From Thermodesulfobacteriota bacterium (lineage in GTDB: Bacteria > Desulfobacterota > Desulfobacteria > Desulfobacterales > SURF-7), in contig JBMORA010000063.1 of the NCBI GenBank assembly GCA_049320885.1, positions 32,001 through 96,000 on the forward strand: a stretch of 64,000 nt of DNA, given 5' to 3'. This document shows positions 39,501 to 48,944 of this stretch, piece after piece (position 1 is the first letter of the stretch; every line of letters begins with the position of its first letter). Below the pieces are notes generated by a model that was not told the DNA's origin, made no database searches, and worked only from the letters and a program-made list of their open reading frames with translations. The translations under genes were made by a program, and so were the position numbers.

Positions 39501-41018
39501 CCGGCCCGGGACGAAGCGGAAACCGCGGCCGGCAGCCCGGACCCCCGTCTCGAACTGGTCAGCCGGTGGCTTTCCTATCACGGCCCCATCCATCCGGAAC
39601 GTCTGACAGCCGTTTTCGGTCTGGAAACGGATCAACGGGAAGAGATCATCGCCTCATTTCTGGAAGAAGGCCGGATCATCCTGGATCACCTGCGGGAAGA
39701 TGGCCACCTTCCGGAAATCTGCGACCGACAGAACCTGGAGATCCTCCTGCGCCTGCTGCGCAAGGCGGCACGGCCCGGCTTCAGGGCCCTGCCGGTCCGG
39801 GATCTGCCCCTGTTCCTGGCCGCCTTCCAGGGCCTGACGGCGCCGGCGGATTCCATGGAGGGACTCCAGGACCGACTGGGGCAATTGTTCGGGTTCTGCG
39901 CCGCCGCGCCGGACTGGGAAAGCTGGATCCTGCCCGCCCGTCTGCGGCCCTACTATCCGGCCTGGCTGGACAGCCTGATGCAGTCCCACAATCTTTGCTG
40001 GTTCGGCGCCGGCAAGGCCAAAATCGGTTTTGCCTTCGAAGAGGACCTGGAACTGTTCCTGGAGCCCGAAAATGCGGAAACCAACCCGTCGCCGGGCACG
40101 GATTCGCCGCTGCTCCGCCTGATGCCCGAAGGCACGGGGCGTTGGGGTCTGCTGGAGGTGGCCCGACGCGCCGGTCTGCGAACGGACCAGGCGGCCGCGC
40201 AACTCTGGGAAATGGCCTGGAGCGGCCTTGTCGCCAGCGACGCTTTTTCCACCGTGCGCGGGGGCATTCTGACCCGCTTCACCCCCTCTCCCGCCGCCGA
40301 GGACGGTCCAGCGGGCGGGAGGAGAAGTTTCAACCGCTGGAAAGCCGCCCGGCCCCTGGCCGGCAACTGGTTCGTCCCCCCCCGGAACGATGCCGAAGCC
40401 ACCGATGACATCACCCGCCTGGAAATCCGCAAGGACCGGGTGCGCCAACTCCTGCAACGCCACGGCCTGCTGTTCCGGGAACTCCTGGTCCGCGAACTGC
40501 CTCTGCTGCAATGGCGGCAGGTGTTCAAAACCCTGCGCCTGATGGAACTCTCCGGCGAGGTGGCCTCCGGATATTTTTTCCAAGGCATTCCCGGCTTGCA
40601 GTTCGCGTCTCAAGAGGCGGTGAACCTGCTGCGACATCCCCTGCCGGCGGAAGCCGTCTATTGGATGAACGCCACGGACCCGGCCTCCCTCTGCGGCCTG
40701 GATCTTCCGGAGCTGAAAGCCCTGTTGCCGGCAAGGCAGGCGTCCACGTTCCTGGTGTTTCACGGCCGCGATCCGGTGATGATCTGCCGCCGCAACGGAG
40801 TGGACCTGGAAATCCGGGCACCCGGAGATTCCCCTCACCTGCAGCGGTATCTGGAGGTCTACAAGGCCCTGGTGAACCGCGAATTCAATCCCCGCCGCTT
40901 CATCCGGGTGGAGACCATCAATGATCTGCCGGCCCTGGACAGTCCCTACGGACCGGCCTTGAAATCCTTCGGCTTCACCAGCGACCACAAGGGATATGAA
41001 CTCCGCCGCCGGGTCTAG
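36519..41018 (+). CDS. lhr: Lhr family ATP-dependent helicase (long form with C-terminal extension)
   Basis: APTGSGKT, YISPLKAL, TTPESL, DEIH, LSAT, HHGSLS, TSSLELGIDIG, QRIGRSGH, GELDEEFV; about 1500 aa. Confidence 0.93.
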   Translation: MEIAAPLSLFHPLVAEWFGGAMGSPSDIQARAWPEIAAGKHVLATAPTGSGKTLTAFLWAINQLVTRNWPAGRIRVLYISPLKALNNDVRENLTRPLAQLHRHFHAAGQPLPVIRVQTRSGDTPREERRNMLRHPPEILITTPESLNLLISSGTGRRLFTGLKCVILDEIHAVVAAKRGVHLMTAVERLVLLSGEFQRIALSATVRPPAAVARFIGGFRLEGEAADPLYVARPVTILQSEDRKRLELSVRFPEPPALEPEDRSVWPALTEQFRRLIRRNRSTLFFTNSRRLAEKIARLINETEPEPLAYSHHGSLSREIRLAVEQKMKNGDLRAIVATSSLELGIDIGSLDEVALIQTPVSVSSAVQRIGRSGHRVNAASRGILFPTHGMDFLRAAVMARAVADLEIESVSPPEAPLDVLAQVVLAMCAMETWDIDALFAFIRTCAPYHRLSRRAFDLVLEMLAGRYADTRIRELRPRIFLDRVDNTAAAGRGSLGLVYLAGGTIPDRGHFGLRLGREKSKIGELDEEFVWERRPGDTFALGTQTWRILRITENEVEVEPAESRPGIIPFWRAEDRNRDFHFSEKIGRFLEDIEEGDALADETLEQRLKDKYFMTPPAAAGLVAFLKAQREATRAPLPHRHHLLVEHFADPLNRADKKQVILHTLWGGRINRPFAAALSAAWERRNGGRLEVFANDDAILVMLPHEFDLRALMRDLHSGNLESLLRENLESSGLFGSCFRENAGRALLLPKTSFHKRMPLWLNRLRAKKLLDAVMKTGDFPLLLETWRTCLQDVFDLPGLKMLLDELTEGRIALGETVTTAASPFAAGLIWQQTNMYMYKDDAPEFSRKSSLEDDLIREVATAAFLRPRIPSSLIQALERKLQRTAPGYSPASAVELLDWVRERGLIPEDEWLVLLAAMERDHGLSSPELMGGIGHKLMRMKAPGSSLSVIGALENLPRLRRILSAAHREPTVAALATAAGESRGFLREKPEALPARDEAETAAGSPDPRLELVSRWLSYHGPIHPERLTAVFGLETDQREEIIASFLEEGRIILDHLREDGHLPEICDRQNLEILLRLLRKAARPGFRALPVRDLPLFLAAFQGLTAPADSMEGLQDRLGQLFGFCAAAPDWESWILPARLRPYYPAWLDSLMQSHNLCWFGAGKAKIGFAFEEDLELFLEPENAETNPSPGTDSPLLRLMPEGTGRWGLLEVARRAGLRTDQAAAQLWEMAWSGLVASDAFSTVRGGILTRFTPSPAAEDGPAGGRRSFNRWKAARPLAGNWFVPPRNDAEATDDITRLEIRKDRVRQLLQRHGLLFRELLVRELPLLQWRQVFKTLRLMELSGEVASGYFFQGIPGLQFASQEAVNLLRHPLPAEAVYWMNATDPASLCGLDLPELKALLPARQASTFLVFHGRDPVMICRRNGVDLEIRAPGDSPHLQRYLEVYKALVNREFNPRRFIRVETINDLPALDSPYGPALKSFGFTSDHKGYELRRRV

Positions 41019-41098
41019 ACATCCGGCATCAAATACCGCTGATGTCTTTCCGTATTTCCAGGCGGCAGATGGAATTCCTCCGCCTGCAAGAAACGGAT

Positions 41099-41127
41099 TT
41101 GACAACCGGTCTTGCCTTTCATATGAT
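41099..41127 (+). promoter_or_regulatory. Sigma-70-type promoter of the MMPL gene
   Basis: TTGACA-N17-TATGAT. Confidence 0.6.
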
Positions 41128-41194
41128 GCGGACGCATTGTCATTACGGAAATTCCAACTCACTAGTGCTCGACAAGAAAATAAGGACGGGAAAC

Positions 41195-43879
41195 ATGAAT
41201 CGCTTCATCGCTTTTGTTCTGGATTGGCCCAAATCGGTTCTGCTGGTTCTGCTCGTCATCAGCGTCATCCTGGCCGGCGGTCTGAAAAAACTGCGCTTCG
41301 ACAACTCCGTGGAAGTATTCATGCCCCAGAGCGACAGCGAGTACGCCTTTTACAACGAAACCAAAAACATCTACGGCGACAGCGGACGCTTCTTCATCAT
41401 GAGCGTTTCCCATCCGGATTTGTGGTCGGCGGACACCTTCCGGCGCATCGAAACCCTGATCGCCGACATTGAGGAATACAAGGAGTACGACGAAACCCGG
41501 GAGGAAAACCGCCTGAAACGCCTGGAGGCGGCGACACAAACCGCGCCGCTTGAATCGAGCGACCTGCTGGGACAGTTTGCCGATGATCCGCCCTTCGCCC
41601 GCTACCTGAACCGCAAACTGGTCAAGATCGCGGACGGGAAGGAATTGCTGGCGAAGAAGGAGCTGGGGAAATTGCGGAAAGCCGCCCTGACCTCCAAGGA
41701 ATTGAAGCAGGGGGAGATGGTCGACCGCATCATTTCCCCCTTTACCTCCAAGGACATCTCCGGTCAGGACGACACCCTGGAAACCTACGACCTGATCGAA
41801 AAGGACGACGACGGCCGCCGCATCCTGCCGTCCACCAGGGAGGATTTCGACGCCTTGAAAAAACGGCTGGCCCGCAATCCGGCCTTTGAAAAAGGCATTT
41901 TCTACCGGGACCCCGCCAGCGGGGAAATCCGGGATCTCGGCGTCATCGTGCGGTTCATCAATCTCAAGGACCAGGACCCCATCTCCCGGGAAATGCTCGA
42001 GCTCATCCAGAGCCATGACGATCTCACCATCACGCCCCAGGGAGCGCCGGTGGCCAACATCTGGTTCAACAACTACCTGCACCGGGATCTGGGAAAATTC
42101 CTGCCCTACACCCTGCTGGCGGTGATCGTCATCTTTTTCTTCAACTTCCGCTCCATCCGGGGAATCCTGCTGCCCTCCATCACCCTGGGCATGTCCACCT
42201 TCTGGATCCTCGGCCTGATGGGCTACTGCGGCATTCGACTCACAGCCCTGGGGATTTCCCTGCCGCCGCTGATGATCGCCGTGGGCAGTTCCTACGGCAT
42301 CCATATCCTGAACCAGTACTACATCGATTTCGACATGATCGGCCGAACCGGAAAAAGAGCCGGCCTGAAAATCGCCATGGGCCACATCGCCACCACCGTG
42401 CTTCTGGCGGCCCTCACCACCTTCGTTTCCTTTGGCTCCTTAGCCACCAGCCAGCTCATCGCCATGAGCCAGTGGGGTGTCTTCTCCGGCATCGGCGTGC
42501 TCTTCGCCCTGATCATCTCCTGCACCCTGATTCCCGCGGCCCTGGCCCTCATGCCCCACCGAAGGCCCCGGCTGCTCATGAAAAAAGACCGGGAAGTGAA
42601 AAAAACCGCCATTGACACCCTGATTGAATTGGCCATAACCGCCGCCACCCGTCACCACAAACAGGTCCTGCTGGTGGTGCTGGTTCTCATCGCGGTTTCC
42701 GTGGTGGGCCTGTCCCGGCTGAATGTGGAGTCCGATTTCCTGCTGTATTTCAAGGAAAACGACTACATCCGCACCAGCGCCTTGGAAATTGAGAAAAAAT
42801 TCGGCGGCCGCTGGGGCTTCAACCTGCTCATCGACACCGGCGCGGCGGACGGGGTCAAAACCCCGGTGGCCCTGAACGCCGTGGAAACCATCCGGCGCTG
42901 GCTCACGGCCCCGGCAAACAAGCACCTGAACATCGGCCGGACCGACGCCTTCTCGGATTATATCAAGACCATGCATTTCGCCATGAACGAGGACAACCTG
43001 GACTATTACCGCATTCCGGAAAACCCAATGGATATCACCGACTACCTGGAAATCTATTCCGGCGATGACGACGATGCCGACGGCCGCATCGATGAATTCG
43101 AAGCTTATGTGGACGAAGATTTCCGGACCCTCAACCTGCTGGCGCGGTTCTGCCAGAAGGAGGATTATTCCATCGGCACGGCGGATATCAAGCGGATTTT
43201 GGGCCAGGTGCGGGAATACCTGGACAAGAATCTGCCGCCGGGTCTGAAGGCCAGGATCACCGGGTTTCCGGTGATGAACGTCAAGATGGTGGAATACATC
43301 ATCTCCGGCCAGCTCCAGAGCCTGCTGTCCTCCCTGGTGATCATCTTCATCATCGTCACCCTGCTGTTCAAGCGCTTCAGCGCCGGCATCCTCTCCCTCA
43401 TCCCCATGAGCACGGCGGTCCTCTTCAATTTCGGCATCATGGGCTTTTTCGGCATCAACCTGGACACCGTGACCTCCATCATCGCCTCCATCACCATCGG
43501 CATCGGCGTGGACGACACCATCCATTTCCTGAACACCTTCCGGCATATCCAGCGGCAAGGGGGCAGCACCGACGAATGCATCCGCCGGACCCTGCAGGTC
43601 TCGGGCAAAGCCATCATCTTTACTTCCCTGGCCCTGATCCTGGGATTCGCCGTGCTGACCATCTCCAGTTTCAAGCCCGTGATTTTTTTCGGCACCCTCA
43701 TGGGCATCACCATGACGGCCACCACCATCGGCGCCCTGGTGATCCTGCCCTCGGTCATCAAGCTCACCGGGGTGAATCTCGGGAAACGGGAAGTGGAGCA
43801 GGGGTTGTGGCGGTATATCGACATCGGGAAATTCTTCGGCCTGGAGGGGGAAGAAGCGCAGGAGCCGGTGGCCAAATGA
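41195..43879 (+). CDS. MMPL/RND family transporter
   Basis: Two repeats of TM plus periplasmic loop plus 5 TM; IAVGSSYGIH and IGIGVDDTIHF motifs. Confidence 0.9.
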   Translation: MNRFIAFVLDWPKSVLLVLLVISVILAGGLKKLRFDNSVEVFMPQSDSEYAFYNETKNIYGDSGRFFIMSVSHPDLWSADTFRRIETLIADIEEYKEYDETREENRLKRLEAATQTAPLESSDLLGQFADDPPFARYLNRKLVKIADGKELLAKKELGKLRKAALTSKELKQGEMVDRIISPFTSKDISGQDDTLETYDLIEKDDDGRRILPSTREDFDALKKRLARNPAFEKGIFYRDPASGEIRDLGVIVRFINLKDQDPISREMLELIQSHDDLTITPQGAPVANIWFNNYLHRDLGKFLPYTLLAVIVIFFFNFRSIRGILLPSITLGMSTFWILGLMGYCGIRLTALGISLPPLMIAVGSSYGIHILNQYYIDFDMIGRTGKRAGLKIAMGHIATTVLLAALTTFVSFGSLATSQLIAMSQWGVFSGIGVLFALIISCTLIPAALALMPHRRPRLLMKKDREVKKTAIDTLIELAITAATRHHKQVLLVVLVLIAVSVVGLSRLNVESDFLLYFKENDYIRTSALEIEKKFGGRWGFNLLIDTGAADGVKTPVALNAVETIRRWLTAPANKHLNIGRTDAFSDYIKTMHFAMNEDNLDYYRIPENPMDITDYLEIYSGDDDDADGRIDEFEAYVDEDFRTLNLLARFCQKEDYSIGTADIKRILGQVREYLDKNLPPGLKARITGFPVMNVKMVEYIISGQLQSLLSSLVIIFIIVTLLFKRFSAGILSLIPMSTAVLFNFGIMGFFGINLDTVTSIIASITIGIGVDDTIHFLNTFRHIQRQGGSTDECIRRTLQVSGKAIIFTSLALILGFAVLTISSFKPVIFFGTLMGITMTATTIGALVILPSVIKLTGVNLGKREVEQGLWRYIDIGKFFGLEGEEAQEPVAK

Positions 43880-43987
43880 AGTTTGAAGGTTTTGAAGACA
43901 GGAGTCAGAAGGAAAAAAATGGATGACCGGAGCGGGACGCCGGTGGTCCGGCCTCCCGCTCCTTGGGGTTGGGATTCGCGGGGATGA

Positions 43988-45193
43988 TCAGTCGTCAAAA
44001 AACATCCAGGCCGCCACGCCGGCATGATCCGACGGCCACAAGCCGCCGGGGGTCATGTTCCAGGGCTTGTCGCCGAGGGTGGCGCCCACGACCCAATTGA
44101 CCTCACTGCCCACCGGCCGCAGGAGCACGAGATCGATGCGGGAGGTGAGTACGTCGTCCGGGTTATCGATGGTTTCGCCGAACCCGCTGGTGAAGCCGTC
44201 CCGGGGCCAGAAAATCCGGTTCCAGGCGTCCTGATAGCCGCTGCCGAGAACCGCCTGCATATAGGGGGGCACATAATTCTGGCAGCCGTAGACCGGGTGG
44301 CAGCCCTGGCCGGGAACATCCGCCGGCGAGCTGTTGAAATCACCCACCAGAATGATGGTCTTCGGATCCAGACTTTGCAGGTAGTCCAGGGTGCCCATCA
44401 ACTCCTGCATCTGGGCCGCCTGCACCACCCGGAAAAAACTGTCGGCCGCGCTGGCCACTTCCAGATGGGTGTTGACGAACCGGTAGTTTTTTCGGCAGAT
44501 GCGCACATCCACCGCCGACCAGCCCCGGGTGAATTCCAGATAAACACCGCCGATGGTTTCCCCGACATTGTAGGCATAGTTGGCGGACCGAGGGTTGGAG
44601 GTCGCCAGATCCGATCGGACCAGAATCACGTCCCGGTCCAGGAGCCGCAGATCGTTGAAGGCGGGATAGCCCGTACCCGGATCGAAACCGGTGAGCATGG
44701 GCAGTTCCACATCCGCGTTGGCATTGACGGCCGCCACCTTGTAGTGCAGGCCCCGGGCGGCCAGTGCGTTAAGAAGAATGTCCAGATAGTTGTAGACCAG
44801 GGTCTCCGCCGGTGTGGTTCCCCCGAAGGCCGCATCGCCCGGTGACTGCATATACCAGGTGGATACCTCCTGCAGGCCGATGAGATGCGGCTGGGTAAAG
44901 AGGACTTCGTTGGCGAGGGCCTCGGCCCGTTCCGGGAAATTCGTGTATTGCACAGTCTGAAACAGACCGGCCACAGCGATGGGGACATCCAGGCCGCCGA
45001 GGGCCGGGTCCGGGTTCTGGGCCGCCTCCAGCACCTTGAAAATATCCGCCCCCAAATAGATATTGCGGGTCATCACCCTGACCTGACCCGATACCAGCGG
45101 GTTCGCCGACGCCATGGGCGCCGCCGCGATGAGCAGCCCCAGGAACAAGGCGAACCACCCTGCCGACATTCGACCCAAACCGTGTTTTGCCAT
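43988..45193 (-). CDS. Secreted endonuclease/exonuclease/phosphatase family protein
   Basis: Signal peptide; VMTRNIYLG, IGLQEV, NTHLE, VGDFNS, RIDLVL, PSDHAGV. Confidence 0.9.
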   Translation of the reverse strand: MAKHGLGRMSAGWFALFLGLLIAAAPMASANPLVSGQVRVMTRNIYLGADIFKVLEAAQNPDPALGGLDVPIAVAGLFQTVQYTNFPERAEALANEVLFTQPHLIGLQEVSTWYMQSPGDAAFGGTTPAETLVYNYLDILLNALAARGLHYKVAAVNANADVELPMLTGFDPGTGYPAFNDLRLLDRDVILVRSDLATSNPRSANYAYNVGETIGGVYLEFTRGWSAVDVRICRKNYRFVNTHLEVASAADSFFRVVQAAQMQELMGTLDYLQSLDPKTIILVGDFNSSPADVPGQGCHPVYGCQNYVPPYMQAVLGSGYQDAWNRIFWPRDGFTSGFGETIDNPDDVLTSRIDLVLLRPVGSEVNWVVGATLGDKPWNMTPGGLWPSDHAGVAAWMFFDD

Positions 45194-45445
45194 GACACCC
45201 TCCTCCGATATGATGGTTGGACAATGATCCGGTGCAACCTCCACCGGACCGGACAGGTTATTTCCACGTCTGATAGACAATCCGCCGGATTGATGTAGAT
45301 TCAGCAAGGGGTAGAACGGCATTTCCATTGGCGGCCAACGCGCACTGGTACGATCCCTACCATCCGGATCGGAGAATTGTCAATTGATTCCATGGGGATT
45401 CCACTCCCGGGAGGCCTTTCGCCGAAGCCGGCACTGGCGGAACGC

Positions 45446-47344
45446 CTATAACTTGATGTGCGTACCCATTTCCACCACCCGATTGGACGGCAGCCCGAAA
45501 TACGTCATGGGCGTCTGCGCCAAACGCGACAGGAAGGCAAAAAGATCCTTGCGCCAGCGGCTCATTCTGGCGGGCCCGCCGGTCAAGAGGGTTTCCCGGC
45601 TTAGATAATAGACGGCGGCCTGAAAATCCACCGGGAGCCCTTGCTTCCTTGCAAGAACGAACACATGGGGGACATTCGGAGTTTCCATGAACCCGAAACG
45701 AGCGATCACCCGCAGGAACCCCTGGCCCAGGTCCTGAATGAACACTTTTTCGTCACCGGGCACATGCGGGGTATCGGATGTCAGCATGCTCAGGAAAAGG
45801 ACCCGTTCGTACAGGATGTTGTTGAATTTCAAATGATGCAGCTGGGCCACGGGTATGCCGTCCGGCGTAACGGAGAGAAAAACGGCGGTGCCGGGAATCC
45901 GCAATGGCTTTTTGGCGGCCACATCCGAAAAAAACAATTCCTCGGATACCCGCCCTTTGAGAACGATCCGGTACAGTTCCGCCCTTCCGTCCCTCCAGGA
46001 AGTCATCACCACCATCACCAGGGCGGCAATGCCCAGGGTGATCCAGCCGCCGTCCGCCAGTTTCAGCAGGTTCGCGCTGAAATAACTGCCATCAAAAAAA
46101 AGAAAGAAACCCACGAGCAAAACGGCCTTCCAGCGGGATCGTTTCCAGGTATGCCGCATCACGAAGAAAAAGATAATCGAGGTGATTCCCATGGTCGCCG
46201 TGACGGCCAGGCCGTATGCCCCGGCCAGCCGGGCCGAACTTTGAAAAACAAGAACCAGCAGCAAACATGCCGCCAGCAGCATCTTGTTGATGATGGGCAT
46301 GTAAATTTGGCCTCTGGTTTCACTCGAGGTATGAAAAATCCGCAGGCGCGGCAGCAGACCCAGCTGGATAGCCTGCTGGCTGAGGGAGAAAACACCGGAA
46401 ATCATGGCCTGGGAGGCGATGATGGTGGCCATGGTGGCGAGCAGCAAGAGGGGATACAGCAGCGAACGGGGCGCCAAGCCGTAAAAAGGATTCGCCGCCA
46501 TTTCGGATGTCTGTAGCAGCAGGGCACCCTGGCCGAAATAATTGCACAACAGGGCGGGCCAGACCAGTAAGAGCCAGGATCGTCTGATGGCGGTTTGATT
46601 GAAATGACCGAGATCGGCGTACAGGGCTTCGGCGCCGGTGATGCACAACACCACCGAACCCAGGGCCACGAATCCGTTGAGGTGATTCGCCAGGAAAAAT
46701 CGCACCGCATAACCAGGCGAAATCGCAAGAAGTACACCTGGGTATTGCAGGACGGCGCGGACGCCCAGAAGGGAAATCACGAAAAACCAGAGCAGCATGA
46801 TGGGGCCGAAAATGCGCCCGATCCCCGCCGTCCCGCGGCGCTGGAACAGGAACAGACCGGTCAGGATCACACAGGTTATCGGAATCACGAATTTTTTCGC
46901 GGCCGGCGTCGCCGTCTCCAACCCCTCCACCGCGGAAAGGACGGAAATGGCCGGAGTGATCACACCGTCTCCGTACAACAGGGCGGCGCCGAAAATGGCC
47001 AGCAGGACCACCCGGGACTGCAGACGTATGGAAAAATGTTTCCCGGGCCTGGGAAGTTTGGCCATGAGCGCGAATATCCCGCCCTCGCCGTTGTTGTCGG
47101 CCTTGAGAATGACCGCCACATATTTCAGGCTGACGATCAGGGCCAGGGACCAGAACACCAGGGATAAAACCCCCAGGATGTTGTCTCTCGAAACATCCAC
47201 CGCGTGCAGGCCATGAAAGCATTCCCGGATGGTATACAGGGGGCTGGTGCCGATATCGCCGTAAACCACGCCGACGGCGCCGAGAAGCATCGTCATGGTT
47301 TTGGACGGGGAGGATTCGGTGTGCGCCGTTGTTGCAGTACCCAC
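45446..47344 (-). CDS. kup: KUP/HAK/KT potassium transporter
   Basis: GVVYGDIGTSPLY, ADNNGEGG, YGDGVITPAISVLSAVEG, GAEALYADLGHF; GTG start at 47344 after GGAGG. Confidence 0.95.
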   Translation of the reverse strand: MGTATTAHTESSPSKTMTMLLGAVGVVYGDIGTSPLYTIRECFHGLHAVDVSRDNILGVLSLVFWSLALIVSLKYVAVILKADNNGEGGIFALMAKLPRPGKHFSIRLQSRVVLLAIFGAALLYGDGVITPAISVLSAVEGLETATPAAKKFVIPITCVILTGLFLFQRRGTAGIGRIFGPIMLLWFFVISLLGVRAVLQYPGVLLAISPGYAVRFFLANHLNGFVALGSVVLCITGAEALYADLGHFNQTAIRRSWLLLVWPALLCNYFGQGALLLQTSEMAANPFYGLAPRSLLYPLLLLATMATIIASQAMISGVFSLSQQAIQLGLLPRLRIFHTSSETRGQIYMPIINKMLLAACLLLVLVFQSSARLAGAYGLAVTATMGITSIIFFFVMRHTWKRSRWKAVLLVGFFLFFDGSYFSANLLKLADGGWITLGIAALVMVVMTSWRDGRAELYRIVLKGRVSEELFFSDVAAKKPLRIPGTAVFLSVTPDGIPVAQLHHLKFNNILYERVLFLSMLTSDTPHVPGDEKVFIQDLGQGFLRVIARFGFMETPNVPHVFVLARKQGLPVDFQAAVYYLSRETLLTGGPARMSRWRKDLFAFLSRLAQTPMTYFGLPSNRVVEMGTHIKL

Positions 47345-47630
47345 GGGATTTGACCTCCGGGATGATCGGATTCGGATGATTTCCAATATCAATAAAATAT
47401 CTATGGCATTTTGAACCATGGCGGCCATTCCCCGATGGCCGCCAACAGCATCGCCCCCAATACCAGAAGGCCCAGCGCGTTGTCAAGAAACCCGATGAGG
47501 ACGGGGACCGAGGTCGACAAGGGAATGCGTTCCGGATTTGCCCTTGCATCCCTGCCCTTGCATCCCTGCTTGATCCATTTGCCGCTTTCGTATAGAGTCC
47601 TTTGCAAAAAGGAAAGCGAACGTATTCCCC

Positions 47631-48944
47631 ATGAATTTGAAATGGATTTACCTGCCCGTTCTGCTGGCCTGCCTGCTGATTGCCCCGGGCCGGCCCGGAG
47701 CGGCGGAAAACCGGATGAACCTCGGCGATTGCATCGAGACGGCCTTGAAAAACCAGCCCCAACTGCATGCGGCCTCGGCGAATCTGGACGCCGGCAAATC
47801 CCGGGAAAAGCAGGCCTTCTCCCGGTATCTGCCCCAGGTGGCGGCCAGCACGGGATATTCGGAGTCCCAGCAGGACGGCGGCGCCTTCGGGTATACCATC
47901 ATGAAACGATACAGCACCTCGCTCTCCGTCAATCAGACGGTGTATGATTTCGGCCGGACCGGCGGTACCTATGATGCGGCCCGTCTCAGCACCCGGTCGG
48001 CGGAATTGGATGCGGAGCGGGTGAAACAGGACGTGATCCTGAACGTCAAGCAGGCCTATTTCGACCTGCTCCAGGCCCAACGGCTAGTCCTGCTCGCTCA
48101 AAAAACACTGGACCAGTCCCAAAGTCATCTCAGACAGGCGGAAGAGTTCCACCGGGCGGGCACCAAACCCGTTTTCGACGTGACCCGGGCCGAAGTGGAA
48201 GTGAACAGCATGCGGCTCGGTCTCATCAACGCCGAAAACCGTCTGCGGATCAACGCAATGGCCCTGAACAACGCCATGGGTGTCGATCCGGAAGGCCGAA
48301 TCGAAATCCACGACAGCCTGGAAGCCTGGCCGGCCGTCCCCTCCCTGGAGACGGTCAAAACCGAGGCCCTGGGAAACCGACCGGACCTGCGCAAGCTCGA
48401 TACGGACATCGCGGCGGCGGACGCGCGCATCCGCGCCGAGGAAGCCCAATATCTGCCCACCCTCGCCCTCAACGGCAGATACAACTGGAACGACGGCACC
48501 ACTGAAATGGAGATGTTGAAAGAGGATGTGGATAACAGCTGGGATGCGGAGATCGCTCTTTCCATTCCGCTGTATGAAGGCGGTCTTACAGCCAGCAAGG
48601 TCGACGAGGCCAAATTCAACCGCCAAGCCCTCCGTTCCCAGCGGGAAATCCTCCGTCAGGCCATCCTGATCGAAATATGCCGATATTACGCGGAAATGGA
48701 AAGCGCAAAAGTCCGGATCGACGTGATGAGGCACGCCCTCCGGAAAGCGGAGGAAAATTTCGCCATCGCCCGGGGCCGGTATGAGGAAGGGGTCGGGCCG
48801 TACATCGATGTAACCGACGCCCGGGTTTCATCGGTTACGGCCGAAACGGATTATGTGCAGTCCCTCTATGATTTCCAGCTCGCCGCCGCCAGACTACTGA
48901 ATGCCATGGGCAAAGGCGGGCAACTGCAAGGAAGGGTGGAATGA
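47631..48944 (+). CDS. TolC family outer membrane efflux protein
   Basis: Signal peptide; two OEP repeats (YLPQV..VYDFG; YLPTL..IPLYEGG; RYEEG). Confidence 0.9.
   Translation: MNLKWIYLPVLLACLLIAPGRPGAAENRMNLGDCIETALKNQPQLHAASANLDAGKSREKQAFSRYLPQVAASTGYSESQQDGGAFGYTIMKRYSTSLSVNQTVYDFGRTGGTYDAARLSTRSAELDAERVKQDVILNVKQAYFDLLQAQRLVLLAQKTLDQSQSHLRQAEEFHRAGTKPVFDVTRAEVEVNSMRLGLINAENRLRINAMALNNAMGVDPEGRIEIHDSLEAWPAVPSLETVKTEALGNRPDLRKLDTDIAAADARIRAEEAQYLPTLALNGRYNWNDGTTEMEMLKEDVDNSWDAEIALSIPLYEGGLTASKVDEAKFNRQALRSQREILRQAILIEICRYYAEMESAKVRIDVMRHALRKAEENFAIARGRYEEGVGPYIDVTDARVSSVTAETDYVQSLYDFQLAAARLLNAMGKGGQLQGRVE

Noticed and set aside
43876..43915. GAAGTTTGAAGGTTTTGAAGACAGGAGTCAGAAG short periodic tract
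   Set aside because: Too short and degenerate to call a repeat element without genome-wide counts.
47345..47630. c-di-AMP (ydaO) riboswitch upstream of kup
   Set aside because: Conserved GCTGAA..GGGGA elements not found; only a 10-bp hairpin at 47419-47444 of unknown role.
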